This document shows positions 38,663 through 52,373 of a stretch of DNA of 64,000 nt, piece by piece. This stretch comes from Podarcis vaucheri (Eukaryota), in NCBI GenBank assembly GCA_965113315.1, contig OZ220363.1, one strand, 5' to 3'. The notes under the pieces were generated by a model. That model worked only from the letters and a program-made list of their open reading frames with translations, made no database searches and had not been told where the DNA came from. The translations under genes were made by a program, and so were the position numbers. How positions within the stretch are numbered: the first letter of the stretch is position 1; each line of letters starts with the position of its first letter.

Positions 38663-38894
38663 AGTGTTAAAGCAAAATCCTCTTCCCTACTGACATTTTT
38701 ACAGTAAAAATATGTAAAACCAGTTATTAAATATACAAGTTTTGAAAATTTCACATTTCAAGTAGGCAATCGACTTCATTTTATGAAACAATATAGATTC
38801 AAGGCCTGGCATATACAATAGCTTTTACAGCATCTTGTTCCATCAGTGAGTATCCGCCCATCATTGTACAATGGTGAATTATGGGTTGTGCAAA

Positions 38895-38901
38895 TTATTC
38901 A
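38895..38901 (-). CDS. ZC3H14: ZC3H14 exon 17 coding part (SE*)
   Basis: tttttccag|T GAA TAA. Confidence 0.88.
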
Positions 38902-41900
38902 CTGGAAAAAAATAAATACAGAAAATTAGAAAATGTGTCATGATAATTATCGTTCTGCCCTAAAAATCACCAATCTCCATATATTTCAAAATTAGGGAGG
39001 GCAAAACTCTGAAAAACGAGTTTTCAACATATAATGAAGAACTGCTCTTACTCAAGTTGTTACAGTTTTTGCCTAACAGCTTGTTAAGCAAAATGATCGT
39101 GCATTTTCGTGTTTGATTAGCATGTGCAATTTAACAGAGTAAGAGAAATACATTACCTAGTTTGAGTTCGGGTCCATTTTAAGGCATGACGTGGTGGTAC
39201 AGAAACAGAAGGATGGTAAAACGTACAGTCGACTCTGGTGCACTGAGTGTTAAACCTGCAATGCTAAGTAAATAACAGGATTGAGAAAAGGCAATGTCAA
39301 GGGAGTTCAGTTTTGCCTGTTTAGTCGAATCCATAGAGTGTACACTACTTGCATATTTCTATTTGAAGTATGACATACCTTTAATACAAGCTTTCAAATA
39401 TATGACTTGGGTTATCTTAACATAGGGTGGAAGATTTCTACGGTCGATTGACTACTACAAATCCTAGGACCAGTTCAATAAAATTCACTTGATGAATAGC
39501 ACCTGATGAACATGTGAACTGAGTCAATGTAAAAACATTGTATTTATAAGGTGATATGAAATTCCCATCTGGATTGTTATCGACGGTTCATTCACAGATG
39601 CATATCACCACTTGATGCTGCATACATCAAGGAATGAATATGCATACGGCAACCAAATCCTACAATGGAAGGGGAAGTCCATTTTCACTTATTTCCCCCA
39701 TTCCTCTGGTGTCCCCGACTGCTGTCCCTCAAATCTGCTCCAGAGGGTTGGGGGATCCTTTGTCAGCAAGGGACGAAGGGTGGAACAGGAGAAGGGGGAC
39801 ACAATTGGATTTGACAATAGTTAAAATCAAAAATAAGGTGCATATAAATTGCAAACTAGGACTACTTCTTGAGTATAACAAGACCTGTGCTTAGCCTTCC
39901 TTCCTGGTTGATGTATATAATGCATGTGTGCATGTATGCACACAGATGTTGTCAAGCGCAGCGTAAGGTATTCTTGAAGGCTGGAAATATTAATAGTGAT
40001 TATTTAACGAGGCTGGGCTAATACTTCATATTCGCTGGTGCAGAATGAGTTCCACTTAAAGCTTCGGCCCAACTTTTTGAAACTCCCCTGCAGAGGAAAT
40101 GAAAACATGGTACTTACTTTGGGATGGTAGAAAGGGCATTCCATTTTCTTACAAGCAGGGAAGAATCGACATAGTTGGCTGTTAGAAGATGTTGGCGGTG
40201 CTGGAGGTGGAGCTGCAAAATCCATTAATGGAGGAGGGAAGTGACTGATACCAGACACAACAGCGAATGGTTTCACGTGTACTGACAACATTAAAAAACA
40301 CTGCAATTTCAATTCCTAAAGTTCAACAGCAGGAAATTGTTTCTGGAGGCAAGTGAGACAACCACCTTGCTGCACTAAGATGGTCTGGATCTGGTCAGTG
40401 TCTGGATGGGAGACTGTAGGATCCATTTGCTGCAAATCCCATAAGATTATGACAGACCAGATATAAATATAATGGATAAATAAGCAGTTAAAAACCAAAA
40501 TTCAGATTGCTTCAGAAAGACGCAACATTGACAAAAACACATAACCATTTTTCCATCTGTGTTCAAAACACAGCTTTCTGCAAAATTTCATGGTCTGTGA
40601 AAGGGGAAAACACAGCTCAAATCATGTGCTACAAAGTTGTTTCCAAGCTAAAAAGCAGGGGGAGGGGGGAGGAGAAACAGAGAGACTGGGAGTCTTGGGT
40701 CCTCCAAGGAGGACAAGGAAGTGGCTAGCCATAACATTTGCTGGAAGCGGCAGCAATGAGCTAGGCAAAGAAGGGGAGCACGTTCCCATCACCCCACAAG
40801 CTGCTGTCAGTCCTTGTGGGACAGGGTTGAGTTCAGAGACCTGGACCTGCCTCCTCTTACATTAAAAAGACAACTTTGTGATGTCTTTTAAATTATCATT
40901 CAGCAGCCTGCGCTGCTTCAACCAAATATTATGAAACATGCATACTGCGGACTGCAATGGTCACAACTACCAACGGTTGCAAGATGATTCTATCTTATAC
41001 ATTCGCCATTGTTTGCAACGCACTGGTTGGCGGAGCTGTTGGCCTGGCATATTTTGTTTTATGCTTTTTTTGGTGGTGGTGGTAGGGGGAAGGCAGAGCT
41101 GTCGAAGAGCACCGCAAACTTTTTACGCTGTGGTTTGGCACAGCGGATTTGCTGCTGGACTTTTCTATTGTCGTTAGCAAATGGCAAGTTTGGTGTGCCG
41201 CTGTGCTGCTTTGTTGCATTTTCAACAATTGTTTCAGCCATCCGGGAGTGTGTGTGTGTGTGGAGGTCAGAATCAACAACTGACCCAAAGGTCCATCTAG
41301 TTCAGTATCTTGTTTCCCAACTTGGCCAATCGGACGCCTCTGGGAAACCCACAAGCAACCTGCCTTTGGTTTCGCTAGATCAGATTCTGCTGTCACCAGC
41401 ACATTCTTCCCAGCAAGCCCACATCAAAACCTGGAATAGCAATAAATCTTTACCTGGTTTAGGAGGTGGCAGTGGGGTCCGACGACTGGCATGAGTGTAG
41501 GGGCAATCTGGCTTGGTGCACTTGGCATCGTATTTACAATTTGGATGGATGAACAAGCATTTGTCCGCAAATTTGCAGTTGGGAAAGACTCTGGAATGTG
41601 AAAGGGAAAGCTGCTGGGTAAACTTGTTAGAATGCATTCACTTTCAAAATAATGTCTCTGTTTACACCTCAGTCCTCACCCCTGGCATCAAATACAGTTT
41701 TACTTAAATCAAGACACTGTTGCTCTTGGGCTAGAATTCTAAAGGAAAACCTCAATTCCGATTTTTCGAAAAACCCTCTGGCTTCAAGTGCCTTCCACGC
41801 TCAAATAATAAACGGGCAGAAATCTGGAAGCCAATTCTAGAGAGTTCAAAGCAACCAAAAAAGTTACATGTGTGCCAAAATCAAGGTCTGCCAAGTTGGT

Positions 41901-44900
41901 AAGGTCTGGGTTTTTCCAATGAAATCCCCAAACTCTAAAATGGGCATAAAAAGAGCCAAAATGGATCCCAATGATGCCAGTGGACATACTCAATACTGAA
42001 CTGAAGGGGGGGGGGAAGGTTAGTTGTCAGACCTCTAGAGAACTGATCTGATGTTTGTGGATTAAGAACTGGACTGGTGGGGAAAGGGGAATCTCGTCAC
42101 TGCCACATCATCCTGAGTACTCAGCCCTCTGCAGTGACCCCGTTTCATTCTATGTTTTGTGGATTTTTTAGATCACAGATGAATTAAATGCTCTGAGAAA
42201 GGGCTACAGAGCTGAATAGTGCTGACATAAATCTGCTCGAGGGAGCTGCAGAACAATATATGAAGTAGCAATGCATTCTGAAACACTAAAAACAGCTTTT
42301 CAGCTCTTCCCCCAAACCTCGCTGTACTATATATACCTCACAATATTAATTGTATTCCCTCTTTTCATAAGGATTTGCCTCTATCACAATTAAATATATA
42401 CTTCTATAGTGTATATTTCTCACAGCTATTTTCTGGATGTTGTTAGCCTGCATCCCTCTGGATGTTGTTAGCCTGCATCTCCCATCACCCCTGGCCACGC
42501 TGCTTTGAGCTGTAGGGTCCTTCAACTTTAGCCTCGGTTGGGTACACGAAACCCTGACTACGCTACCCGTTTGGCTACACGTGTTTTACTGTGGTGAGGC
42601 AAGAAGCCAACCAAATCCACAGCTGTCAGGAAGCAGAGCTGGAGACCCAAGAGCAGACCCAGCTCCCTTCTCTCCCAGAAGCTTTTGTGCAGTGGCCTGC
42701 TCAATCAGACCCCATCTAGCCTAGCATCCTGTTTACTGCTGTAGTCAGCCAATGGCTTTTGCGAAGCACACAAGCCTGGCAGAAAGGCAATTGCCCTTCC
42801 AATATAATCCCTCTACCTGGTCTTCAGAAATGAACCGTCCTGACCCTGGAACTTTGATTAGGCGTTATGACAAATAACCAATGGCAGACCTCTCCTCCTC
42901 TTTGCCTCTGTCCAATCCCCTTTTGCCCTTTAAGCTAGTGGCCATTGCCATAACCCGTGGCACAGAAATTTCACTCCAGTGCAGTGCAGTGGAGGCTTTT
43001 GCTCAGGACTAATACAGAGGAGAAGACAGGGGGAGAAGCTAATTTTTGTGAACGCTGTGCCTGAAGACCAGGAGGGCCAACTGCATCAAGAAGCATTTGT
43101 ACCACTAACTTGCACGGCAATGTGGGGTGATGGAAGGCACATTCGTCTCCATTTTTGCAGGCGGGCCAATACTTGCAGCGCTCGGGTACTTTTTCCGCTT
43201 TGTGCAGGGCACCAACATCCTCCATCTCCACTGCAGAGAGAAAGCAAAGAGGCTCCAGTTGATCTCAAGTGGTTTGGCTGTTCAAATTTAAGACCGTTTC
43301 CATCCCAGGGATTATTTACCCACATCAAAACCATGCAAATTTGAGACTCTCTAGTGTCAAAATGTGATGGGGTGTGCTATTTATTTAAAATATTCCTGCC
43401 CTACCTAGGCCTCCAAGTCAAGAGAAGAAAAATAAACAGAATATTTGTTTAAAATAAGAAACAATAATTATAAGGCACCAGCAATTGAAAAATACAATAC
43501 ACAACCAGCTGCTGTTACACATGTGACATGGGGAAATCGCTCCTGGCTCATGATTTCATCTCTGGGACAGAAGCATTTCTGTCCTAGGCAACTGTATAGC
43601 CTGAGGCTCCTGGCCCAAACAGTAGAGATGATCATAACTGGCTACCCCCCAGGATTTAGGAGTCTACTGTTTGCTGCTTCAATCCCAGATGAGCTTTCAT
43701 TAAGTCAGGAACGCAGGGTTGGCAAAAGTGGTGATCCCTTCAGATGTTGTTGTGCTCCAACTGTCCTAAGCCTCATCAGGTGCATGGCCAATGGCCAGGG
43801 ATGATGGGAGTTGTAATCTGGCAATATCTGCAGGACCGCAACTCCCCAACCACTGCCTTAAATGTGGTGCATCCAACCAGGGCCTGTGCTGTTTGCTAAT
43901 TATGCTTAGACAACGTTGAGGGTGGGGATCAGAGCTGTGTTCTTCCCATTGTGAGAGGTCTATTAGAAAAGAACCTGCCATGGGAACTTAGCCTGCAGTT
44001 CAGTCACTGCACTCCTTCCTGCCTTGTGCTCAGCTCGAGTTGCCCAAAGAAAGCAATGCAAATAAAGAAGCTTTGCAACGAAGCTAACAAAAGATGCTTA
44101 TCCACTGGGGATGGACTGTTACCATCGGTGCTCTCCAGCTGTCTGGATATAATGTGCATCTGTTGCGCACGAAGGCTTCTTAATCCCTTGTTGGCTGTTG
44201 CTTTGGGGGCAACTGGCCTTACTCCTTCCATGAGACTCATTTCCTCCTCCTCTTGATCAGACAAGTATCCTGGCGGGCTGGGGACTCCGTCCAAGGTGAC
44301 TATGAACTTGGGACTAGCAGGCTTCTCTGGCTGCATAAGCTGCTCCCTGGGATGAGAGAGGGGAACCCAGAAGGAACATCAAAGCTACTGAAACAGAGAG
44401 CAGACTAAATGTGTGACAATACAACACCCAATTCATGACAATTTGTGAAAGTTTTCTGTTGACAAAAGACCAAACTTTGTTTTTTTTTTAAGGTACATTC
44501 TTATCTCTAAACCACTTTCCTTAAACTTCTGATAACTGAGATATGCATTTTTTCTATGCTAAAATAGAAAAGATGCTCCCCTCTCAGTTTGTGTAAGGAG
44601 AGAACGTAAGATTCCTGATGGATCAGACTAGAGGCCTCTCTAACTGAGCATCATCTTTCTCAGTAGCCATCCAGATGCCTCTGGGAGGTCTCCAAGCAGG
44701 ATATAAGACCCGAAGGATTTCCTATCCCCAGAGGCAACTGATTGGCTGAGTCTGTATGAGTCATTGCTCTTCCAATCAGAAGGCCCATCCAGAAGTGTGA
44801 CTCATGCAGGGCCACAGTAAGTAGGCTTCTTGCTACCACAAGGCAGGGTGATGGTCACCCGTTTAAGATGGTTTTAAGAAGGAATCAGACAAGTTTGTGA

Positions 44901-47900
44901 AAAATTAAGATTGTCAGTGGCTACTGGTCACAATAGCTGTATTTATGATCGGAGGCAGCATGCCTCTGGACACCAGTTTCTGAGGAACAAGCAAGAAAGG
45001 GCTCTTTTCCTACTATCTGATTGCAGCCAATAAGGACATGGCCTGCCCTCAGCTGCTTTTGTAGGTGAATCCTTTGGGCTCATTCAATCAACTGATTTAT
45101 TGCAATGTGCTAGCAGTTGTGAATTATTGGACTAAAGTAGCCCTGTCATTTAATGAGCCATTTGAAGGCAAGTAAAAAAAAAGCCAGGGAGAGGAACTAG
45201 GGCAATTCACCATGGCTCTCTTTTTTAGAAGCTAAGAGACCTAATTCACACAACCCCTTTGACATTTCCCTATGTATGATGCGACTGAGCACCAAAACAC
45301 ACCACTCATGTAATCAGGTATGCCAGTTGCTGCAACTAGGTAACTAAGCTTGAGTTTCTTAAGCCTCTTACTGAATTTTTAAGGAACAACTTTTTACCTT
45401 GCCTGTATGAGCCGTCCTGAAAGTGCCTGTAAGGCCTCCGAGGCCCTCTTACCCACTTCCAGATTCTGGGGCACCATTATCTCCTCGGACAGCTTGGGCT
45501 TCTTCAAGATAAATGATCTGGTGTCTGTGTGGACCATCGATTCCAAGTCGTAGTAATCTAAGCCAGAGAAAATGGTAGAAGTGTTCAAATAAGGCTGTCA
45601 TAACCCAAGCACGGGGACAAGTGTGAAGCTCTTTAATGAGGATAAGCAAAGTCACGCAGCCTGCCCAGTTGAGCATTAAACTAGCATATTTTCCACTGCA
45701 GCAGGAACAGAACTGTACAGGTATCCCCTCACTTGCGTGCGACCACATATACACACGGCACCAGGAAATCAATCAATCAATCAATCAATCAATCAGTCAG
45801 TCAGTCAATCAATCAATCAATCAATCAATCAATTCTAACCTGAAATGGTGGGAGATCTGGAAAGTCCTTGTGGCTGGTGAGGAGACCCTCCAAGAGCCCA
45901 AATAGGATGCTAGTGAGCCAAAAGTCTAGAAGAAAAGACTCCAAGGGCCCCAAATGGCACACAGGAGCTCTCACTGCTGCCACACTACCCTGCTCAAGCG
46001 CTGTTAGATGGGAAACTGCACTTACTGCAGTGGGCTCCCCACTAACGCACATTTCACTTATGTGTGCGAGAGTTTAGAATGTAACCTCAGAGTAAGTGGG
46101 GAGTTGCCTGTGCAAGCAGCCACTGAAGTCAAGATGGCACTGCACTAGATAGGCTGCTAATTCAGTTCATATGCTCTCGTCACTCCTGGCCCAGCAGTCC
46201 TTTAATGGATACAAGAGTGGCCGCAAGAAACCACGCTTGCAACCGCTGCAGCACACAGTGTTAAACATGGCACAGCGCTATGCACATGCATAGTCCTATC
46301 CCTGCTGCTAGCTCTGCACCAGGAGAAGCAACTAGTATTGGATGTTAATTGAGCAAGAGTGGCATTGGTGGGGAAAGAGAAAGCAAGCAAAAGAGGGAAG
46401 CACAGGGTGGATGGCCAACCCGTGTAGGCCATTGCATGACTGCATTAAAAGCATCTCTTAAGTACGTGGGATGTTGTGTAGAAAGCTATCTAAGATTCAT
46501 TGCTTGAACAAAGGTGGCTATTATAGTGCAGTCAGAATGAATGCCTTTGACATGACCCATCAGGAATTTCCCCCTGTGCAAGTCTCCCTGAAATAAATGG
46601 TGCCAGCCCAATAATCCACCTGCTTGATTCCATTTATTTAAACAGGACTTTCCTCAGAGAATCTTTCAAGGCAAACAGAATGAACGGATGTGTGCTTCAG
46701 AACACTCAGTCAAATGAAGGCCTTCAAAAGTACTCCACAGTTTGCTATAATCTGAAATAAAAGCAATTTAAGCTTCCTCCCAAACAAAATTAATGCATCA
46801 ACGTCGGACATAGTAACACAAAGTCCACTCGGGATTGGCTTTAAAAGCAGGTGACAAAATAAGTACCTTCCCATTAGCAAAACACTGAAGGGACTTAAGT
46901 TTTTTCAAATAAGATTTGGACTTTAACCTAATAAAAGTTAAATGGCACCGTTTTTGGCTGTTAGTGGATTTGGGAAGCCTGCTTTCTTTTTCATTAAATA
47001 ACCACAGCTAACCTTGTGCCTTTTGTAATGCTTCTCCAATGGCGGGTTCAATCTGGAGACGGGAAAAGAGCTGCCTTTGCTGGGTTCCTAAAATAAATGT
47101 GGAATGAAAAAGTATTTTACTGCCTGTGCAACTCAAATTAAGGGACAGCTATGCAGTCACTTCCTGCAACTCTATTCTTAACAAGTGCTCTCCCACCCTC
47201 CGCAAGGCACGGGATTCTCTTACAATCAGCTTCCACTTATTCTAGTCATCTGCACAATTGCTAAGAGATTTCTGCCTCCTCCTCTATGGACCTATTTGAG
47301 CAATACTTTACTCTTGGATTCTACCTAGAGAGACTGGAAGTGGACTTTGGGCTTCTGCACTGCCTCCCTGCTCTGTAGCTGGTTTTATGAGTCAACATTA
47401 CCTTGGATGCCTTTAAAAGGGGATTAAGGCAAATTTAAGATGGATAGATAGGTCCACCCTTGGCTAATTGGATGGCTACCCCATAATGGCTAACTGGAAC
47501 ATCTCCATTTAGAGGCAATGAATGGCACTGAATTCCAGTTGCCGGATTGGTAGGAAAAGAGACTTTATGCCCTGCTGGTGGGCTTCACAGAAGCAGTCCA
47601 GTAACAGAAGATGTGCCCCCCCCCTCATTATAGTGAGGAAATGAAAGAGGAACACACAAGAATCTGAGGCTTATTGGGTTGAGATGTGTCTGGAGGCGGT
47701 TGCAGGATGGATGGCGGCTAACAGATTGAGGTTGAATCCTGACAAGACAGAAGTACTGTTTTTGGGGGACAGGAGGCGAGCAGGTGTGGAGGATTTCCTG
47801 GTCTTGAATGGGGTAACTGTGCCCCTGAAGGACCAGGTGCACAGCCTGGGAGTCATTTTGGACTCACAGCTGTCCATGGAGGCACAGGTCAAATCTGTGT

Positions 47901-48547
47901 CCAGGGCAGCTGTTTACCAGCTCCATCTGGTACGTAGGCTGAGACCCTATCTGCCTGCGGACTGTCTCGCCAGAGTGGTGCATGCTCTGGTTATCTCCCG
48001 CTTGGACTACTGCAATGCACTCTACGTGGGGCTACCTTTGAAGGTGACTCGGAAACTACAACTAATCCAGAATGCGGCAGCTAGACTGGTGACTGGGGGC
48101 GGCCGCTGAGACCATATAACACCGGTCTTGAAAGACCTACATTGGCTCCCAGTACGTTTCCGAGCACAATTCAAAGTGTTGGTGCTGACCTTTAAAGCCC
48201 TAAACGGCCTCGGTCCAGTATACCTGAAGGAACGTCTCCACCCCCATCATTCTGCCCGGACGCTGAGGTCCAGCGCCGAGGGCCTTCTGGCAGTTCCCTC
48301 ATTGCGAGAAGCAAAGCTACAGGGAACCAGGCAGAGGGCCTTCTCGGTAGTGGCGCCCGCCCTGTGGAATGCCCTTCCAGCAGATGTCAAAGCGATAAAC
48401 AACTACCTGACATTCAGAAGACATCTTAAGGCAGCCCTGTTCAGGGAAGTTTTTAACGTGTGATATTTTACTGTATTTTTGGTTTTTATGGAAGCCGCCC
48501 AGAGTGGCTGGGGAGGCCCAGCCAGATGGGCGGGGTATAAATAATAA

Positions 48548-48592
<45 letters not shown>

Positions 48593-51500
48593 GAGATTCC
48601 TGTTCAACAGAATTACATGTGCCTGCAGCATAACACGCGTTTTAGGGCTGGAGCACAGAATTAACCTCTCCTTGAGAACAGAGCACTTTCTTCAGTATCA
48701 CCTGGAAGTCTCCCTAATGCTTGTTCCTTTGGCTCCTCTTCCTGCATCTGGGAGTTCCCTCTGGACGGCCGGCTCTGGCCATGTATCACTTCCAGAAAGG
48801 TTTCCTCTTGAGATGTCCGGGTTCTGGGAGCCACAGGAACTGTCTGCTTTGCTGGCACTTTCCACAAATAAAAAAGAAAAAAGCCATCAAAGGCCGATAT
48901 GCAAAGAACAAGTGATTCATCATCACAAAAGTTAATTGCATTCTCTAAAAATCCAGACAAATGGGCCAAAAAAAGCAGCAATTTCTAACCTCATAAAAGT
49001 TTGGCTTTCAGACGGATTTCTGGCACGAAATTAACTCAAGACATTAATTAATAAGCTACCCCTTTATCGCTCCACGAACCTTCTGCTTTTGTCTTTTACA
49101 CCAGCTATACTTCTGCTTTCACTTGAATGTGTTGGTTTGGAGAACATTTGTCTCAGTCAAATGTTAGCTGACACACTGGCTAGACAGCCAGCAGAGAAAT
49201 CCGGTTGCACTGATGCTTCCATCTGGCTGCTAATAGAGTATCATCATCTAGGGGGCAAGAACATTTGCCAGAACTTCTCACAGTCCTTTCTTACTTGAGG
49301 GGGAGCCACTGAAGGCCCTTCCTGCCAATGCCAGAAGATTACAGTGGGCTTTAGATTCTCAGCAAGGCTACAATGCTAGAACATTAATGTGTGGTTTCAG
49401 TGCTCCATTTCACGGGTTGTTTTTACGATTGTAATGTAGTCCTTAAAGCTGCAAGCAATCTTGAAAACCTTCTGCTAGGAGAGATGGAATGTAAATCCCA
49501 TCAGCGAAATATAGAAATATTTCAAAGACTTAAGGACCGATCTGCACATTGAGCTTAAAGTAAGATTTATACCCACTTAACCATCATGGTTTCCCCCAAA
49601 GAATCCTGCTAATTATACTGAAAATTCTGTGTTGGGTACTTCTAGTTCCCTCACAGCACTACGGATCCCAGCTTTAGCCTGCATTCTGCACTTCCCTGGG
49701 AATAAGCTTCCATAAACGTGCAAATAGACATGTCTGGGATGGCATTGTTAGTCCAGGGCATAGATAGGGCATAAGGGAGACTGTGGGAGCTTTTCCGTAA
49801 CAAGTGGGGCTTCTGTTCACTTGCAACACCATTTGGTGCCAGCTATGCAGCAAACATCTCACTTGTGAGATGCTCACTTGCAATGAAAACTGACCTGTGG
49901 GGCTGGTGTCTGTAGCGTCAAACCAAAAACCATTTCCAGAGGGGCAGCCATGTTAAGTTAAAACAACAAACAGTGGCACCTTAACATGGATGATGGCAGG
50001 ATTTTTCAGGGACTCGGTGTATTGCCTGATGTTAAAACTTAAACATATGCAAAATATGCACGGTTAGCATTCACAACAGATCTTAAGTTCAATCCTTTGT
50101 GTCTCGCGCCACTGGAGAGTCGCTGCCAATCAGGTTTGACAATACAATGGACCAATAGCCTGACACGATAGAAGGGAGCTTCCTATGACCCTAATAGCAA
50201 TAATCGAAGATAAAACAAACATCCTAACTTAGATCACCTGTAGTTGTAGTAAGATAGAGAACCATTGTGACTCATGCCACAGGTGGTGGCAGTGATCTTT
50301 TGGATATGTTGCTGTTTAGGTTTATCTTCCTGTGCCTCGATTCATTCGGGCTTACTAAACTGGGCTTGGAGCTCACGCGTCCCTGTCAAACTACAGTCAC
50401 TTACCTGCAGCATAATTTGTTGTCTTTGTAACAGATTCCTGGGCTTCAGAGATAGCCTTCAATATTAAATTCTTATTGGCCTGTTTGTTAGGCGGCAGTG
50501 AAGGCCTGGAGGGATTGAACAAAAAAAGATACAAGGAAATTAATTTGTCATTGTAGAAGAGTGAAGTATTGCTAAGCTGTGTTTTCAAAAGCTTGGCTGA
50601 AATCCTCACGAGGTGCACAGATGAGAATTTTTGGAGTTATTTGATCATCCGCCACCTTCTGTTGCATCCGCCACCTTCTGTGCTACTCTGTGAGCCACGC
50701 ATCCTATTACTGAAATAGGACTGATTTCTCTTCTCCTGGCATTCATCTCCACACAGAGGGCACCCTTCAATATTCTGCAATCCCCTACCATACATCCAGT
50801 GACTGTAGAAGTCACGCTTCTGCTGTGGCGGCCGCAGAGGCCAATATGGATGCGCTCCTGATCTTCTGTAGTCCTCTCTGACCTCATTCCCTTTTCTGCA
50901 AACATAATGAAATAACTGTTGGATACAACTTTCGGATCCATAGCAAAATACACCTTGAGATCAGCACTGGCCTGCAAGGTACTGCCGGGAAAACACTGCA
51001 GGGAAGCTAAGGTGGAAGGGAAGTCCCACCTTGGTTGTTGGCCTGGGAGGCAGAGGACACCCTAGTCAGGACTTTTAAACATGTAGGTCACATGACCTCC
51101 TGACACCAGCAGTGTGCCGAGTCAGCAACTGTGGGTTCACACGACCGAGGCATCTCCTACCCATCAGTTTCTGGTTCAGTTGGCAATTCCTCTCCCCACT
51201 TGATCACCCTGCAGCAATGGCAGCAGTTCCCACTAGCGTGCTGCTCCCAGGGCTTGCATTTGTTTTCTCCTCCATAAGCAATCATTTACTGCAAAAGCCA
51301 GGCCTTAAATACAGTGGTACCTCGGGTTAAGAACTTAATTCATACCGGAGGTCCGTTCTTAACCTGAAACTGTTCTTAACCTGAAGCACCACTTTAGCTA
51401 ATGGGGCCTCCTCCTGCTGCCCTGCCGCCAGAGCACGATTTGTGTTCTCATCCTGAAGCAAAGTTCTTAATCCGAGGTACTATTTCTGGGTTAGCGGAGT

Positions 51501-52331
51501 CTGTAACCTGAAGCATCTGCAACCCAAGGTACCACTGTAATCAAGCAATACGATGGCAACAAAATTACTTCTAATGTATTTTCCTGGGCATATGGCATCA
51601 TTTAATCTTGCCATGTGGCCCAACACCCAGAAACAACTTAGGCACATCAGGAACTCAGGACAATCTATTTTGATGCTTACTTTCTTTGGCCTAATTCAAA
51701 CCCCACAATTCTTAGATACCTTCTCTCAGGTTTTGCAGGCACAGAGACGCTGCTGGAGATGCCTCCCAGACGGAGTCCACAGTCTTCCTCTTCCTCCTCC
51801 TCCTCTCCATCGTTGCTGAACCGTTTCACTCGGACTACAGAGCTTACAACTGGGAGTTTTCTCTTCCTCAAGTTTTCTTCCTGCAAGCGATACAATAATT
51901 TATTTGATACGTTTTTGTTTGAGAAATTTGTAGCATCCCCTTTAAGGCAGGCATTTCCAGGACAATGTAACTATCGTTGATTTTGCTTTGAAAAAGAAAA
52001 ACTGGCTGGTTTTCCCAATGTCCATGCCCAATGTGTTTTCCATGCCTGATGGTGAGTGAAGCCTGTTAACAGGCCAAAAAAAACCCCCACACCATGTAAC
52101 TGAAGTAATCACAATTATACCCCTGCTTGCTCCTGACTCCCTCTGGGGTTCTGCTGTGTTGAATTTCCTAAACATCATGTACATTTGTTGGTGAATATAT
52201 AGAGAAAGGTATGGTTATGTGTGTGTAAAACTTTAACACACACACACACACACACACACATTGGGACAACTGGATGGATCAAAAGCATGTACTTAATCTT
52301 TGAAGAAACATGATGTTTTCTAAAGTGCAAC

Positions 52332-52373
<42 letters not shown>

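Noticed and set aside
39490-39530. TGATGA...CTGA motifs resembling C/D snoRNA boxes
   Set aside because: Antisense to the host intron, too short, and no terminal stem
49295-49375. Possible cryptic minus-strand exon in ZC3H14 intron 8 (ttctag ... caa|gtaag)
   Set aside because: Weak polypyrimidine tract and no branch-point or homology support
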